Positions 38,962 to 50,884 are shown, counted from the stretch's first letter. The stretch is 64,000 nucleotides of DNA from Vermamoeba vermiformis (GCA_045837725.1 JBEWZL010000237.1:62001-126000), one strand, 5' to 3'. Translations and numbers: made by a program. Notes: generated by a model not told the origin, from the letters alone.

Positions 38962-41101
38962 ATGAACAGATCCAGCTTATTATTCGCAGTGGCGTTACTG
39001 TGTTTCTTCGCCTTATTAGAGGCGAGAGTTATTTTAGAGAGGACATCTGTGCCTAAGAACTACGTCTTGCTTGGACGAGCGAATCCCGAACAACAAATTG
39101 AATTTATTATCGGTTTAAAACAAAGAAATATCGACTTGCTGCAGGTAATTGTTTGTTATAAATTATATTCACCATTTAATTAATATAATCAGGCCTCGTT
39201 GCTGGACGTGTCAAACCCAGAATCACCGAATTACGGCAAGTCCCTTCTAATGTCAAATACTATGTTGGATATCTAATAGTATTCAGCTCGTTGGTGGACG
39301 TCGCAACAAATTTTGGATCTAATTGCTCCTTTGCCCGAACAAGTGCAGCCAGTGATTGATTGGTTGACCGCGCAAGGTGTCAATCAGATCGACGCTTCAG
39401 GTCGAGATTTAATCAAAGTCAGTGCGAGCATTCAACTCGTGGAGCAGCTGTTCAACACCAAAATGTATTATTATCGCTACACGATCAACGGTACGGGTGA
39501 CACTTGATGACACGTGTCATTCTCAGTCCTCGCTGACATCCGTTACAGGCCGAATTGTACCACGCGCACTCGGAGCAGTGAATATCCCCGACCACTTGGC
39601 TATCATCGATGGTGTGTTTGGCTTGACTGAGCTCATTCAGCCTTCGTCCGTCAAAGCACGCAGATCCACCAAGGACAACGTGGACCCACTGGGCTATATT
39701 TATCCTGGTGTATTAAGACAGCTGTACAACATCCCCTCGAGCTTCCCCTCCAATCCCAAGAGCTCTCTGTGCGTCGCAGAGTTCTTGGACTCAGCGTCGT
39801 TCAACAAGGACGACATCACCGCATTCAACTACTGGTTCGATGAAATTGTACACGTGGATACGATTGTCGGTGGATACAACGGCGCCAATCCCTTCTTAGA
39901 GTCGAGTCTCGATGTGCAAGTAAGTCACTAACATTCCGTACTCTGCAAATGATATTGTTCTCACACGTGCACTCAGTACGGCAGTGCCATGGCCTTGAAC
40001 ACGACATTCTGGTTTTGGACGGTCAAGGGCTGGTTGTTTGAATTCGCGACTGAGCTGTTCAATGCCACACAAGCACCTAATGTCGTGTCCATCTCGTGGG
40101 GCTGGCCTGAAGACGATCAGTGCAAGATCATTGGCTGCAAAAACAGCTGGAACCCTGTGCAGGACTCGTACAACTACGTGTACAAAGTGGACATTGAGTT
40201 CATGAAGATTGGACTGCGCGGCATCACCGTGCTGGCTTCGAGTGGTGATCAAGGTGCACCGGGCGATGAGAACAGCGATTGTCCGGGCTATTTGTCCAGC
40301 ATCTATCCCGGTGCCTCGCCTTGGGTCACGTCTGTCGGTGCTACCATGCTGGTCAAATCGACTGAGCAGCCGACTGACAGCGCTGCATTGCCGCCCATCT
40401 GTCAGAAGTAAGTTGATTGCATCGATCGATGCTCTTGCCACCAAATCTGATCACGTGTTCAGGGTGCACTGTGCCACCAAGATGAGTGAAGCAGTCTGTT
40501 CGTACCCCACTTCCATGATCACGAGTGGCGGTGGATTCTCAGACATTCTGCCCATGCCGCTCTATCAACAAGCTGCTGTCACCAACTACTTGAACTCGGG
40601 TGAAGTGGACCTGCCCAGCACGTACTACTTCAACGCCTCTAATCGCGCCTTCCCCGATGTCGCTGCCAACGGTCACAACTACATTGTCGAGCTGGCCGGT
40701 GGATTGTATCCCATTGACGGGTATGGATGACACGTGTCACCGCGGCTTCAACTAACCTCGTCCCAGTACCTCGTGCTCCACACCAGTGTTCGGCGCTGTC
40801 TTGGCACTGTTGAACAGCTACAGACTCGACAACAACAAGCCACCCTTGGGCTTTGTCAATCCTTTGCTGTACAAGATGGCAGCCGCAGACAGCAGCACGT
40901 TCATTGACATTACTGTCGGCAACAACTACTGCACTGAGGCCTGTTGTGGTGAGATTGGTTATCAAGCTGCACCTGGCTGGGATGCCACTACTGGTAATTG
41001 CAATGCAAATGTGACACTTTGACACTTACATTTCCTTTTTAGGCCTTGGCACTCCCAACTTCCCACGCATGTTGAATTACATCAAATCACTCAAAAACTA
41101 A
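38962..41101 (+). CDS. Sedolisin family (S53) tripeptidyl-peptidase 1-like secreted protease
   Basis: Signal peptide and prodomain; ESSLDVQY, SISWG, ASSGDQGA, YPGASPWVTSVG, SGGGFS, RAFPDVA, GTSCS, GWDATTGLGTP. Confidence 0.92.
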
Positions 41102-41380
41102 CGAGCTCGAACATTGTTCTTGTCGTTCCCAAATAAAGTGCATAGTAATACTAGAACCAAATCAATTAGCTTGCCTTCTGTTAAACGCCTCCACGTGCCA
41201 AATAAGCCATCAGGATATTTTTTCACGAAGCTCGTGGTAATTGGTAACATGTGAAACATTCATTTTTTCACGCAGTTTTATTTGAATGAGAGCACGGACA
41301 ACAAAACAGAGCACCGTTGTCATTGCTTCTAACTGCCACTACGAGGCGAGTGAAAAGAGGAGCACGATATTGCTAGTATT

Positions 41381-42984
41381 ATGGGCTTAACAGGCAGTCA
41401 GCCACAACCGCAACAGCAGAAGGATCTGGATGACTTTGTGCTGGTCAAACAAACACTCAAAACACCGCCTATTAAATTATATTGGAAAGAAGAAGGCGTG
41501 CCACCACTAGTTCACCTGTGTGTGCACCTATTTGCATTTAATTTAGAGGGATTCAGCTCAAAATTAAAATTACTGCCAGCAGACCTCAAAAACAAAATTA
41601 TTGTGTATTGTCTACGACACGAAGTTGTTAATAGTAATCAATTGTCATTATTAATAGATGTTAATACGGTAAGGCACTCGATTTTATCGGTTAAAAGACT
41701 ATTTATTTCAAATATACCAGTTTATTATTATAATAGCTTTAACCTATAATATGTTCGCACCTTATTAAAATATTATTATAGCGTAGTTTAAATCTGCATG
41801 CAAGCAAAACAAAAGATTTGGATCTCCAAAATATTCTGCCTAGGTGCCCTGAACTCGAAGAGCTTGACATCAGTGGTATGTAGATGGAATAATGCGTTGA
41901 TTATTATAAAAGAGTGAGTTCAAGTGCACTTACCTGTCAATAATTAGGCAATCTGAGGCTGACAGATCTCAGCATCGAATGTATTGTAGCCAAGTGCGCG
42001 CAGTTGAAGAAATTGAATTTAGCAGCGTGTTTAGGGTACACAACACTATAATACAAATGTTGCGCGTCAATTCTAATTCTCAGCGCAGATTCAGCACCAG
42101 AACGCTGTCACTGCTCAAAAATCTCAAGCAGCTCGAAGAACTCAACTTATATTACTGTGGCGACGGTCAACTGACCTCGTGCATTGAAGACATTGCTGCC
42201 AATTGTCCTAATTTGGTATCACTCAATCTCGGAGGCATTCCGCTGTCACGTGCCACGGTCAAATGTCTCGCCGATCGCTGCAATCAGTTGGTGGCACTCA
42301 ATCTTTGCGGCTGCAAATTAGGCGATGCAGAACTCATGCATTTGTCGCGCTTGAAGAATTTAATCTCGCTGAATATCTCCAGCAATCTGGACTTGACTAA
42401 TAAGGGCGTGAAGATATTGGCCGAGTTCAAACATCTGCAAAGATTGGACTTGTTTGGCATTGGACGGGCAGAGGGTTTTGACGATGGTACGTACCAGTAT
42501 TTCCAAATAAGGCAATGCACTACTAACACACACAACAGCAATGATTGAAGTGTTTGCAGCGTGCAGTGCGCTGGAAGAAGTGTCACTGGCCTCGTGCACT
42601 GCGCTGACTGATGCCGCGGTGATGCACTTGGCCGACCACTGTCCGCGCGTGACATCTTTGCAGCTCTCGAACACGCAAGTCACCGATGCAGGTGTCATCA
42701 CCCTGCTCGATAAGTGCGACTACTTGCGTCGCTTGCACGTGTCCGCGACTGCCATCACAGACCAGACACTGCTCGCCATCAGCACTGGTCGCGCGAGACG
42801 GCAGCTCGATGAACTCGACATTTCATTCTGCAAAGAGCTCACGCCCGAGGGAGTCAAACAGCTGTTCGAGCAGTGCGAGTTCTTGCAGCGCGTGGTGCTG
42901 TCACAGCGCTACGAACTGAACATCACTTTGTTGCGGTCTGCGCGGCCTTATTTGGTGCTCGAGTGCCCTGATCAGCGCCACTAG
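41381..42984 (+). CDS. Leucine-rich repeat protein (cysteine-containing/FBXL-type LRRs)
   Basis: Repeats such as CPNLVSLNLGG, CSALEEVSLASC and CPRVTSLQLSNT; MG N-terminus. Confidence 0.8.
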
Positions 42985-43109
42985 CGACCTTGTATTTGTA
43001 CACTTGTAAATAGGACTTTACTTTCACTGGTGTTATATTTATATACACATAGTATGAATGCGATGCATGCCAGTCCTCGTTCATTGTGACTATATTTAGA
43101 CACCAATTC

Positions 43110-44986
43110 TTATTTTGCCTTGGACGCACCTCTCAAGGCGTTCAACTCTTGCAAATTAGGCAAGTACCAGTACTGGCCTCTGTCGCACGTGGAGAAGGTG
43201 AATGTCGCGTCAGCCACGCCCTGTCCATGACACGTGTCAAACGCAGCACAGCACTACAACCGCACTACTTACGTCCTCGAGTCCAGTCATGCGGTCCAAC
43301 AGCTTGTCAAACTTGGCGGGATTGTTGCTGTACGCGATGAAGAACAGCCCGTGCAGTCCGCTGTGATCGCCAAACGGCATGGACTGGCGCACTATTTTCA
43401 CCTCGCGACCCTTCTCATCGAGCACGAGACGCGATGAAGTTCGGTGCACGTGACTCGACTGTGGCAAGGGGTCCAATTCCGCGCTGAAGTCCTTGGTGCG
43501 CCCAATCACCTGCTCTTGTTCTTTCACTGAACGGCTGTGCAGGGCCTTCAAGTTGTGCAACCAGCGCTGTGTCATGATGTAACTGTCAAACAGCGGTCAG
43601 TACGCCTGCAGTCCAGACATCAGAATGACACGTGTCACTCACCTGCCTCCGCGGTGGCCCTTGTCCTCGCTGCCAATCAGTGACTCGTCGGCACGGTCCT
43701 CTTCGCCCGTCACATTCATCGTGCCGTCAATGAAGCCACTCAAATCGCGGTTGTCTTGGAACACCCAGCCATAGCTGTCACGTGTCAGTGCTGTACGGCA
43801 TTGACACCTTTTGATAATTATGACACCTGTCACTTACATGTCCTCGACCTTGGCCACAGAGCCAGGCGGCAATGATTGCAAAAATTCATTCACAACCTCA
43901 TAGGCGAGACCGCGAGTCTTGGCCTTGATGTGCACGAAGATCTGCAAAGAAACGAATCAGTCAGTGACACGTGTCAAACAGAGGTCAGCACGCACTTCAC
44001 CACCAGTGGCGGGCATGCCACCATTCGTGCTGCTGCGCGTGTGATAAGTGCGAGCGTTGCGCGGCACTGACAGGCCTGACACTTCACGCGTCAATCTTTG
44101 CCAGAATTCGGGGCTATATTTGGACGTGTCAGTTACAGATCACCTAATGACGTGTTGACACTTGCCTGAATGCCACACCACCCACTGCGCCCTCGCCGTT
44201 GATGCGTTCTTCCCTGCTGACTGGTGACACCTGTCAAACGCGTCAAAATGTGGTCTAGTGTGGCACTTGACACGTGTCATTTTACCTTCTCTACAATCTT
44301 TTGAATATTTGCAGCTGCGGCAGCGACTTGCTTGGGGTCAGCGGCGTAGGCTAAGTGAACTGATGCAAAGATTAGACTGACAGCCATTGCCATTTAAGGA
44401 AATAGTTCGTACCAGTGACGTACGCAGCGTGTTGATTTCCTTCACTGAACGGTGTGGGTTGCGCGAGTGAAGTCTGTGGAGGTCAGTCACGTGATTTCAG
44501 TCATTGCAAGTATTTATGTGACGCACCAACTTCTCCTGTGCCTCAGCGGTGAGTGACTGCGCGAGGTGATTGGCCACGTGCGTCAAGTGACTGTTGTTGG
44601 TGAAGAGTGCTGACGTCACGTAACACGCTGCGGATGTCACGCCCACTCCGAATAGCACTCGCGTCACCTGACCTGCGAGGCATTAGCGCTGCAGACAAAC
44701 AATACTGTCGAATATACTCACGCTTGGTTGCTTGCTTGGCAGTGCTGGTCAGTGCTCGTTGTACTAATTAGGCAGTGAGTTTGAATATCGTAAAATTTCA
44801 ATTACAGAATAAATCGAAAAACTTTTCGCGCACTCAATATTACTGCATTGTATTGTCTTTTTTTATTACCTTGTTGCTTGTTGCTACGCGCAGCAAATAA
44901 TTTCAAAGCTGAAAATGCAGAGTTAGAGACCTTTATCAAGTACTCATACTGTAGTGCTTACTGCCACGGCTAACTCGGCTGAACAT
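43110..44986 (-). CDS. Dye-decolorizing (DyP-type) heme peroxidase with predicted mitochondrial presequence, about 12 exons
   Basis: VAFSPEFW, MPATGGEIFVHIK, RDLSGFIDGTMN (GXXDG), TQRWLH, EQVIGRTK, SHV, IVRQSMPFG, GLFFIAY; N-terminus MFSRVSRGTLKLFAARS. Confidence 0.9.
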
Positions 44987-45243
44987 GATTGCAATATGAT
45001 ATAGGTATGTATGACGTGCGGTCGTCAATGAGTGATCACTAACAAATGCGTTGCAGCGGAGAAAAATAACCGATCGAATCTTCGAGAATCAAAGTCGCCG
45101 CCCAATACGGCAATCAAATTTGAACTCGCACAAGCTGTAACTAGGCAATCAATTGGTGTGCATGCCACACTGTGCGGCGCCTTGCCGGCAACAGGTCGAG
45201 ATTTCACCAGTGTTGAGCTGGATCCAGACAGTCGCTCTGCACG

Positions 45244-46888
45244 ATGAGTACGAACAACACAAATGTACCTACAGCGGACAATACAGAGGCCGTAAACAAG
45301 ACCAATAAGCCCGCTACGCAATATCGATGGGAGACACTGAACAAGTCCTGGGAACACTTGCGCGAGACCTCAGCAGGCAGATTGACCATTGAGTACGCGG
45401 ATGAGGCACGCAAGTCAAGCGTCAGTGCGAGCAGTAATAGCAATAATAGTGCGGCACATAGAAGAGGTCTACAACGGGCACTGTGCATAATTATCGATAA
45501 TAGCGCGAGCATGGCTGACAAGAATTGCGTGTTAGAATACAACCAAAATGCAGGTACGAATATTCACCAATGATTATGCACTGTGTTGATCGTATTTAAC
45601 GCAATGCAGAAATATTGTCAATTTTTCCAATTTATTTTTAAAATTCTCGGAATTAACTTTAGTGCTCTGTGTGGCTGTTACTGTGTTATTCTACGACCTT
45701 TTAAGTGCACGTACATATTGTATTAATCCTTGTTCGACACTACAGCCGCTGCCAACATGACACCGCAGATGCAAGTCAAAGACACGCTGACAGAGCTGAT
45801 TAATCAATTCTTCGTGCACAATCCACTCTCCATGCTGCAGCTGATTCAGACCAGCGACAAGCTCGCGACAGCAGTGACGCCAATGAGTGGCAACAGACGG
45901 CAACAGCTCGATGGTCTCAACGCCCTGCCTGCCCCAAGTGGCGAGCCCTCGCTACAGAATGCGCTGTTGCTGGCCCGTGCCACACTCAGGTACGTCACGT
46001 GATCGACCATGATGCACGACACTTGTTGACACGGTCACCGACAGTCAACTGCCCAAATATGGCACGCGCGAGATGTTGGTGGTGTTCAACAGCCTGCACA
46101 CGACTGACCCTGGCAACATCAACAAGACCATCGCACTGCTAGCGCGCGAGAAGATGATTGTGAGCGGCATCAGCATGTCTGCCGAGATGTACGTCTGCAA
46201 ACGATTGAGTGACCTCACGCAGGGCGAGTATCACGTGGCCAAGCACTACTTGCACTTCCAACAGCTAGTCTTTGCAGCTATTCAGCCGCCACTCGCGACA
46301 GCACTCGCGGACAATGCGCTCGACACCAAATTGATTCGCATGGGATTCCCGAAATTTCACTCGGGCGTGTTCCGCGAGGGCGTGATTGCGGTGGACGAGG
46401 ACAGCGACGATCACGTGACTGGGCCTGCGATCTGTGTCTGGTACGTACCTGCTGACCAAATAAGGCAATATCTCGCTAATATCTCCGCGTCAGTCACCAG
46501 CGCGTGCAGACAGAGCAGGGCTATTACCCGTGTCCGCAGTGTCGCGCCGTGTTGTGCGAGCTGCCCGTCAACTGCAAGATCTGCGGGCTGTTGCTGGTCT
46601 CTTCGCCCCTCCTCGCACGCTCCTATCACCATCTCTTTCCAGTGCCACCGTTCACTGAAGTGTTGGTCAGGGCTGAGTCCCGCACCTGTCACGCGTGTCA
46701 TCGCGAGCTCGAGGTGGAAGACACGGCCACGCAATGTGTCAAGTGTCAACACGTGTTCTGCTTGGAGTGCGATCACTTCATTCATGAATCACTCTTGTAA
46801 GTGGCGATCAAGTAATCGGTTCACTGAATACTCACTTGCCTAATTTAGTAACTGCCCGGGATGCGAACTCGAGCACTATCAGAGCTAA
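45244..46888 (+). CDS. GTF2H2: TFIIH subunit p44/Ssl1
   Basis: YRWET...SWE, vWA domain (FFVHNPLSML, GEPSLQNAL, TTDPG), C-terminal zinc fingers CPQC...CELPVNCKICGL...LARSYHHLFP and FCLECDHFIHESL. Confidence 0.92.
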
Positions 46889-47097
46889 TTGCCTTATTTG
46901 TACAAACACTTGTAAATGGATGCAATGTAAATTACTAACAGCGGAATTATTAACAAGCATGCGCAGGGCGTTTTATTGTACAAATTTAGACAAGGCGGAG
47001 AAATACAAACGAGATTGATCGCCGCGCAGTGCCGCTGAAAAGCAGCTCAAAATACCACGCGATCGATCGACCCTCGCGACTATAATACAAGAGGAAC

Positions 47098-48068
47098 TTA
47101 GGAGGTGAAGTGCGGCAACACCTGTTCGAATCGAATCACGTGCTGCGTACTGGGTTTGACACGTGTCTTGGTCACGTGACTGTCGTGGTAGCAGCGACGA
47201 CACACCGCGACGTACTTGTCCGCGCCACCGATCAGCTCCACTTGTGTCTCGGCACCCAATCGCTTGGAGAAGGCTGCAGGGGCTTGACATTCCTAATTAG
47301 GCAATAGATCAGTATCAGCGGTCACCAGGGCTCAGTGCACTGTACCTGACAGATCGCAGTCAATTTGACAACGGACTCAGCCAAGGGAATCAATTCGAGC
47401 ACACTGCCGAAGGGCTTGCGTTGGAAGGTACCTGGTCATATATATAGCGCTATTAGTCCCTTGCGCAGTGATAGCAAGATCTGAACTTTGCTGCCCGAGT
47501 GAGCTCAAGGAACTGCACTCTGTATGCATCAGTGCGTGTACGTACCGTCCAATGCCGCCACTACAATAGTCTTGCCTCTATTAGCCATCTCCTCGCAGAA
47601 AGGCACAATATCAGGGAACTAGAAGCAGACAGGTCAGATCTAGGTCGATTTTATAGGAAATTAATTTGATTTAGACTTACGAACTGGCCCTCATCAATAC
47701 CTGTGCACAGTAGTATTAGTATCATATGCGGAAGACTAGAAATAAAATTGTCCTACCAATGACATCGTACGTGTTGGCCAGATCGTGCAGCTCGTCGAGC
47801 TTATCAGCAGGCACAGCGACCCACTGCTGACTAAGTATAGGCAAGACTCGTGTTAGTATGGCTGCCTACATCCAGCCCGCACCAGGCCAATGACATACCG
47901 ATCGTGCGTGGCCAAGCTCTCCTGCGAGTAGCGCGTGTCTTGTTTGTATTTCACCACCAAGCACTTGCGCTTAGCTACCGTGTAGCGACGAATACGGCGC
48001 AGCAGTTCAGTGGATTTGCCTGAAAACATGGGGCCAAGGATGAGTTGGATCTCGCCTGCGTGTTCCAT
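47098..48068 (-). CDS. TK1: Thymidine kinase (TK1 type), includes a 20-nt microexon at 47681-47700
   Basis: [50 protein letters not shown]. Confidence 0.95.
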
Positions 48069-48418
48069 AGGTGTGCGTGGAGGTGTGGTCTTAGCTTGTT
48101 AAAAGTGATGTTAAATGCTGCTCGGTGCAACGGTCACTGGTTGATTTCAGCGCTCAACCAGGGCTCGGCACGTGATTGCTGCAACGGATACTTGCCTTAT
48201 TTGGTACCAATAAAAACTAAGTCGTGTAAGTTCATTTCGTTTCAAAAGCACGTAATTCGATATACTTATATTCACATTACTGCCGCACCTTGCAGTGCTT
48301 ACCTTGATCCAACCAAACGGAACTGCACTAAAAACAAAACAATACTCGCTCCTCTTGAAGACAACTATTTACAATTAAAATACTATGTACATGGTTACTA
48401 AGACGCCGTTCCTTCGCT

Positions 48419-48518
48419 GCACATTAAATCAACCCAGATCTTGGTCCGCAGCACTCGATCGAGTCAATTCGATTCTCAAAGCACTGGTTCATAACAGATC
48501 TGCGCCCATTTAATGCGC
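48419..48518 (-). promoter_or_regulatory. Eukaryotic type II SECIS element in the 3' UTR of the small selenoprotein gene
   Basis: Minus-strand fold: helix I GCATTAAAT/ATTTAATGT plus CAGATCT/AGATCTG; core AUGAA (48492-48488) opposite GGAC (48447-48444); helix II CAGTGCTT(T)GA/TCGAGTGCTG with G-U pairs; unpaired AA at 48474-48473; apical mini-stem TCGA/TCGA. Confidence 0.85.
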
Positions 48519-48549
48519 TACATAGTCTCGCGTCTTATGATATTGAATA

Positions 48550-48951
48550 CTACTTCTGAAGATTGCGCACTAGCTCGGCAAATGAGCTCTGAATTGTGTC
48601 CTCACTGCCACTCTTGTGCGTATTTGTCTTAGTGTCGTGAGTGCTGCTGCCAGTGCTGCGTGTGTTCTCGTGTCCAGAACAGCGCTCTGAGTGCGGTATG
48701 CCGTGCAGAGCCTGTTCGATGTGCAGTCCTCAGCCTGTGCGGGATAATTAGTGGTAATTCAATTTCGAAAATAATAATTATTTTTAAATTCTGTATCGTT
48801 GATTATCGTAGATTTTATTTAAATAATATTATATTTATGTTAAGTAAATTATTAGACGTGCAATGAAATTAGATCCGGAGTTTGTCTTCAAAAGCAACTT
48901 ACCGACCCAAGTCCACTTTTGACACTGCTTACACCTCACTTTTTGGCACAT
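48550..48951 (-). CDS. Small (77 aa) Cys-rich putative selenoprotein; exon 1 48951-48903, exon 2 48734-48550; in-frame TGA at 48732-48730
   Basis: Canonical GTAAGT...CTAAT...CAG intron (48902-48735); spliced translation MCQKVRCKQCQKWTWVG(U)GLHIEQALHGIPHSERCSGHENTRSTGSSTHDTKTNTHKSGSEDTIQSSFAELVRNLQK*; SECIS downstream. Confidence 0.85.
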
Positions 48952-49253
48952 ATTTGTACGACACTAATACTACACTTGTGTCGTGCACTGCTGCTACGAG
49001 TTGATTGAACCGGCATTGGGCCATTTTCAGTGAAATTCACGGCCCTGGTCCAGCGCAATGATATCATGCGACACAGTGCAGCATTTCAGTCTGTTGTCAG
49101 TGCAAGTGATGGCGCGTCGTTGATTGTATATTGAATTGATATTACACGCGAGCAATTAATCGACTGTTTGGGGCTGCAAAACTCCATCTCGGTCGAAAAA
49201 TGTTTTCGAAATGTTTGTCATCGATAAAAGTGGCCAAAAAAATGGTTGATAAT

Positions 49254-50884
49254 ATGTTTCGAATTAATACAGGTGTTACGGTAAGTTGCAAGCTGTGGAT
49301 CTAGTCAGATCTAGTTTACTATTTTTTCATGAATTAACCGGCATTTGTTGGCGCAGAAAACATTAAAAATCATTAGCACATCTCGTAATAGATCTATGCA
49401 CACAACTAGGCCAGCATTATCGGTAATAGATTGCAAGTTGAAGTCCCTGGATCTGATTTCTTGTTCAGCAACACAAAGACGAGCCACTCATCAGTGAGAT
49501 TGATACGCATGACCACGCGAAGAAGATTGACTACTACATCACCGAGTCACGCGGCAAGCTGAACTTCAAAGGTGAGTGGACCATCAGATCTGCGCGACAC
49601 GTACTGACACCGCAGCTAAAAATAGAATCAGCGCGCACTCACGACCCCGCACACGCACCGCCCTCGCGCAGCAGACTGATGAATGCACTGCGCCGCACAT
49701 TTCTGCCCATCGACTACCCCGCGAGTGTCACCTCGGGCTATGCGCGCTACATGTCGTGGCAGTTCGTGCAGAACTGTGTGGGCTCAGCGCAGTGGGTGCT
49801 GACTACCAATGCACTGCTCGCGGGGGTGGGACTCACACAGGGACTGGGGGGACTGCCCTGGGCTGCGGCTACCACTTGGGTGCTGAAGGACGGACTGGGC
49901 GCACTGGGCATCATCTGGAGTGCGAATCTGTTGGGCCACTGGTTCGATGCGGACACGAAGCGTGCACTGTGGCGTGCAGATCTGATGCACAACACTGGCT
50001 CCGTGCTCGAACTGCTCACTCCGCTCTTCCCGCAGTTCTTTTTGCCGGTACGTGTGACTGCTAGTAGCGTTGACTCGAGCTGACCAATCACGTAACAGCT
50101 GTCGAGTGTGGCCAATCTGATCAAAGGTGTCTCGGCACTGACGAGTGGAGCCTGTCGTGCGGCAGTGTACAAGTCGTTTGTGCTGCGCGAGAACTTGGCT
50201 GAAGTCACTGCCAAGGCCCACACTCAGGGCACCTGCGCGTACGTCACGGGCATGTCACTCGGCATTGGCCTCTCTGCCCTGGTGCAGACTGGCACTGCCC
50301 TGGTATGGCCGGTATTTGCAGCTCTGGCCGGCACGCACTTGTTTTGCAGCTATCGCAAAGTGTCGAGTGTGGTGTTGCGCACGCTGAATCAACAGCGCAC
50401 CAGTCTCGTGCTCGATCGCTACTTTGACGCGCGCACTGTGCCCACGCCTGACGACATCTATCTGCTCGAGCGTGTCATTCGCGCACCGCTCTGCAAAGAT
50501 CGACCGGAGATTGTGCTCGGTCAGTCCATTCGCAGCTGTTTCAGTGAACAGACGGAGCTACAGCACACAGTGCTGCAATTCCGCGACGAACAGTACTTGA
50601 TCACGTGCGCGGAGGAGCAGATCCACGTCGTCTTGCACGCGCACATCACTGCCACACACGAACTGCGCGCCTATTTCAACGCGTATTATCTGCGCCACTT
50701 GATGCGCACTGAACCAAACGGCGCCGTTCATGAATTGATTGCGCGCAGTCTCGACTACACGCGACAGCAATTCACTGAATTTGTGCAATCACTCGTCACT
50801 CAGGGCTGGCACGTGACCGATGTCGTGTTCACACCGCGACATTACCGGGCCACGTGGAGCAGTGCTGTCACCAGCGACAACTGA
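49254..50884 (+). CDS. RUS1 (root UV-B sensitive/DUF647) family protein
   Basis: FLPIDYPASVTSGYARY, ALLAGVG, WVLKDGLG, FDADTKR, ENLAEVTAK, LRTLNQQR; start exon inferred from splice signals. Confidence 0.88.

Larger units (their letters stand above)
34185..44279. repeat. Dispersed intronic palindrome TGACACGTGTCA (8 perfect copies)
   Basis: Copies start at 34185, 38508, 39508, 40728, 43228, 43626, 43965 and 44268; all lie in introns. Confidence 0.85.

Noticed and set aside
48536-48562. ATGATA...CTGA as a plus-strand C/D snoRNA
   Set aside because: Too short and has no convincing guide; it overlaps the stop codon and 3' UTR of the minus-strand selenoprotein gene, which explains the region better.
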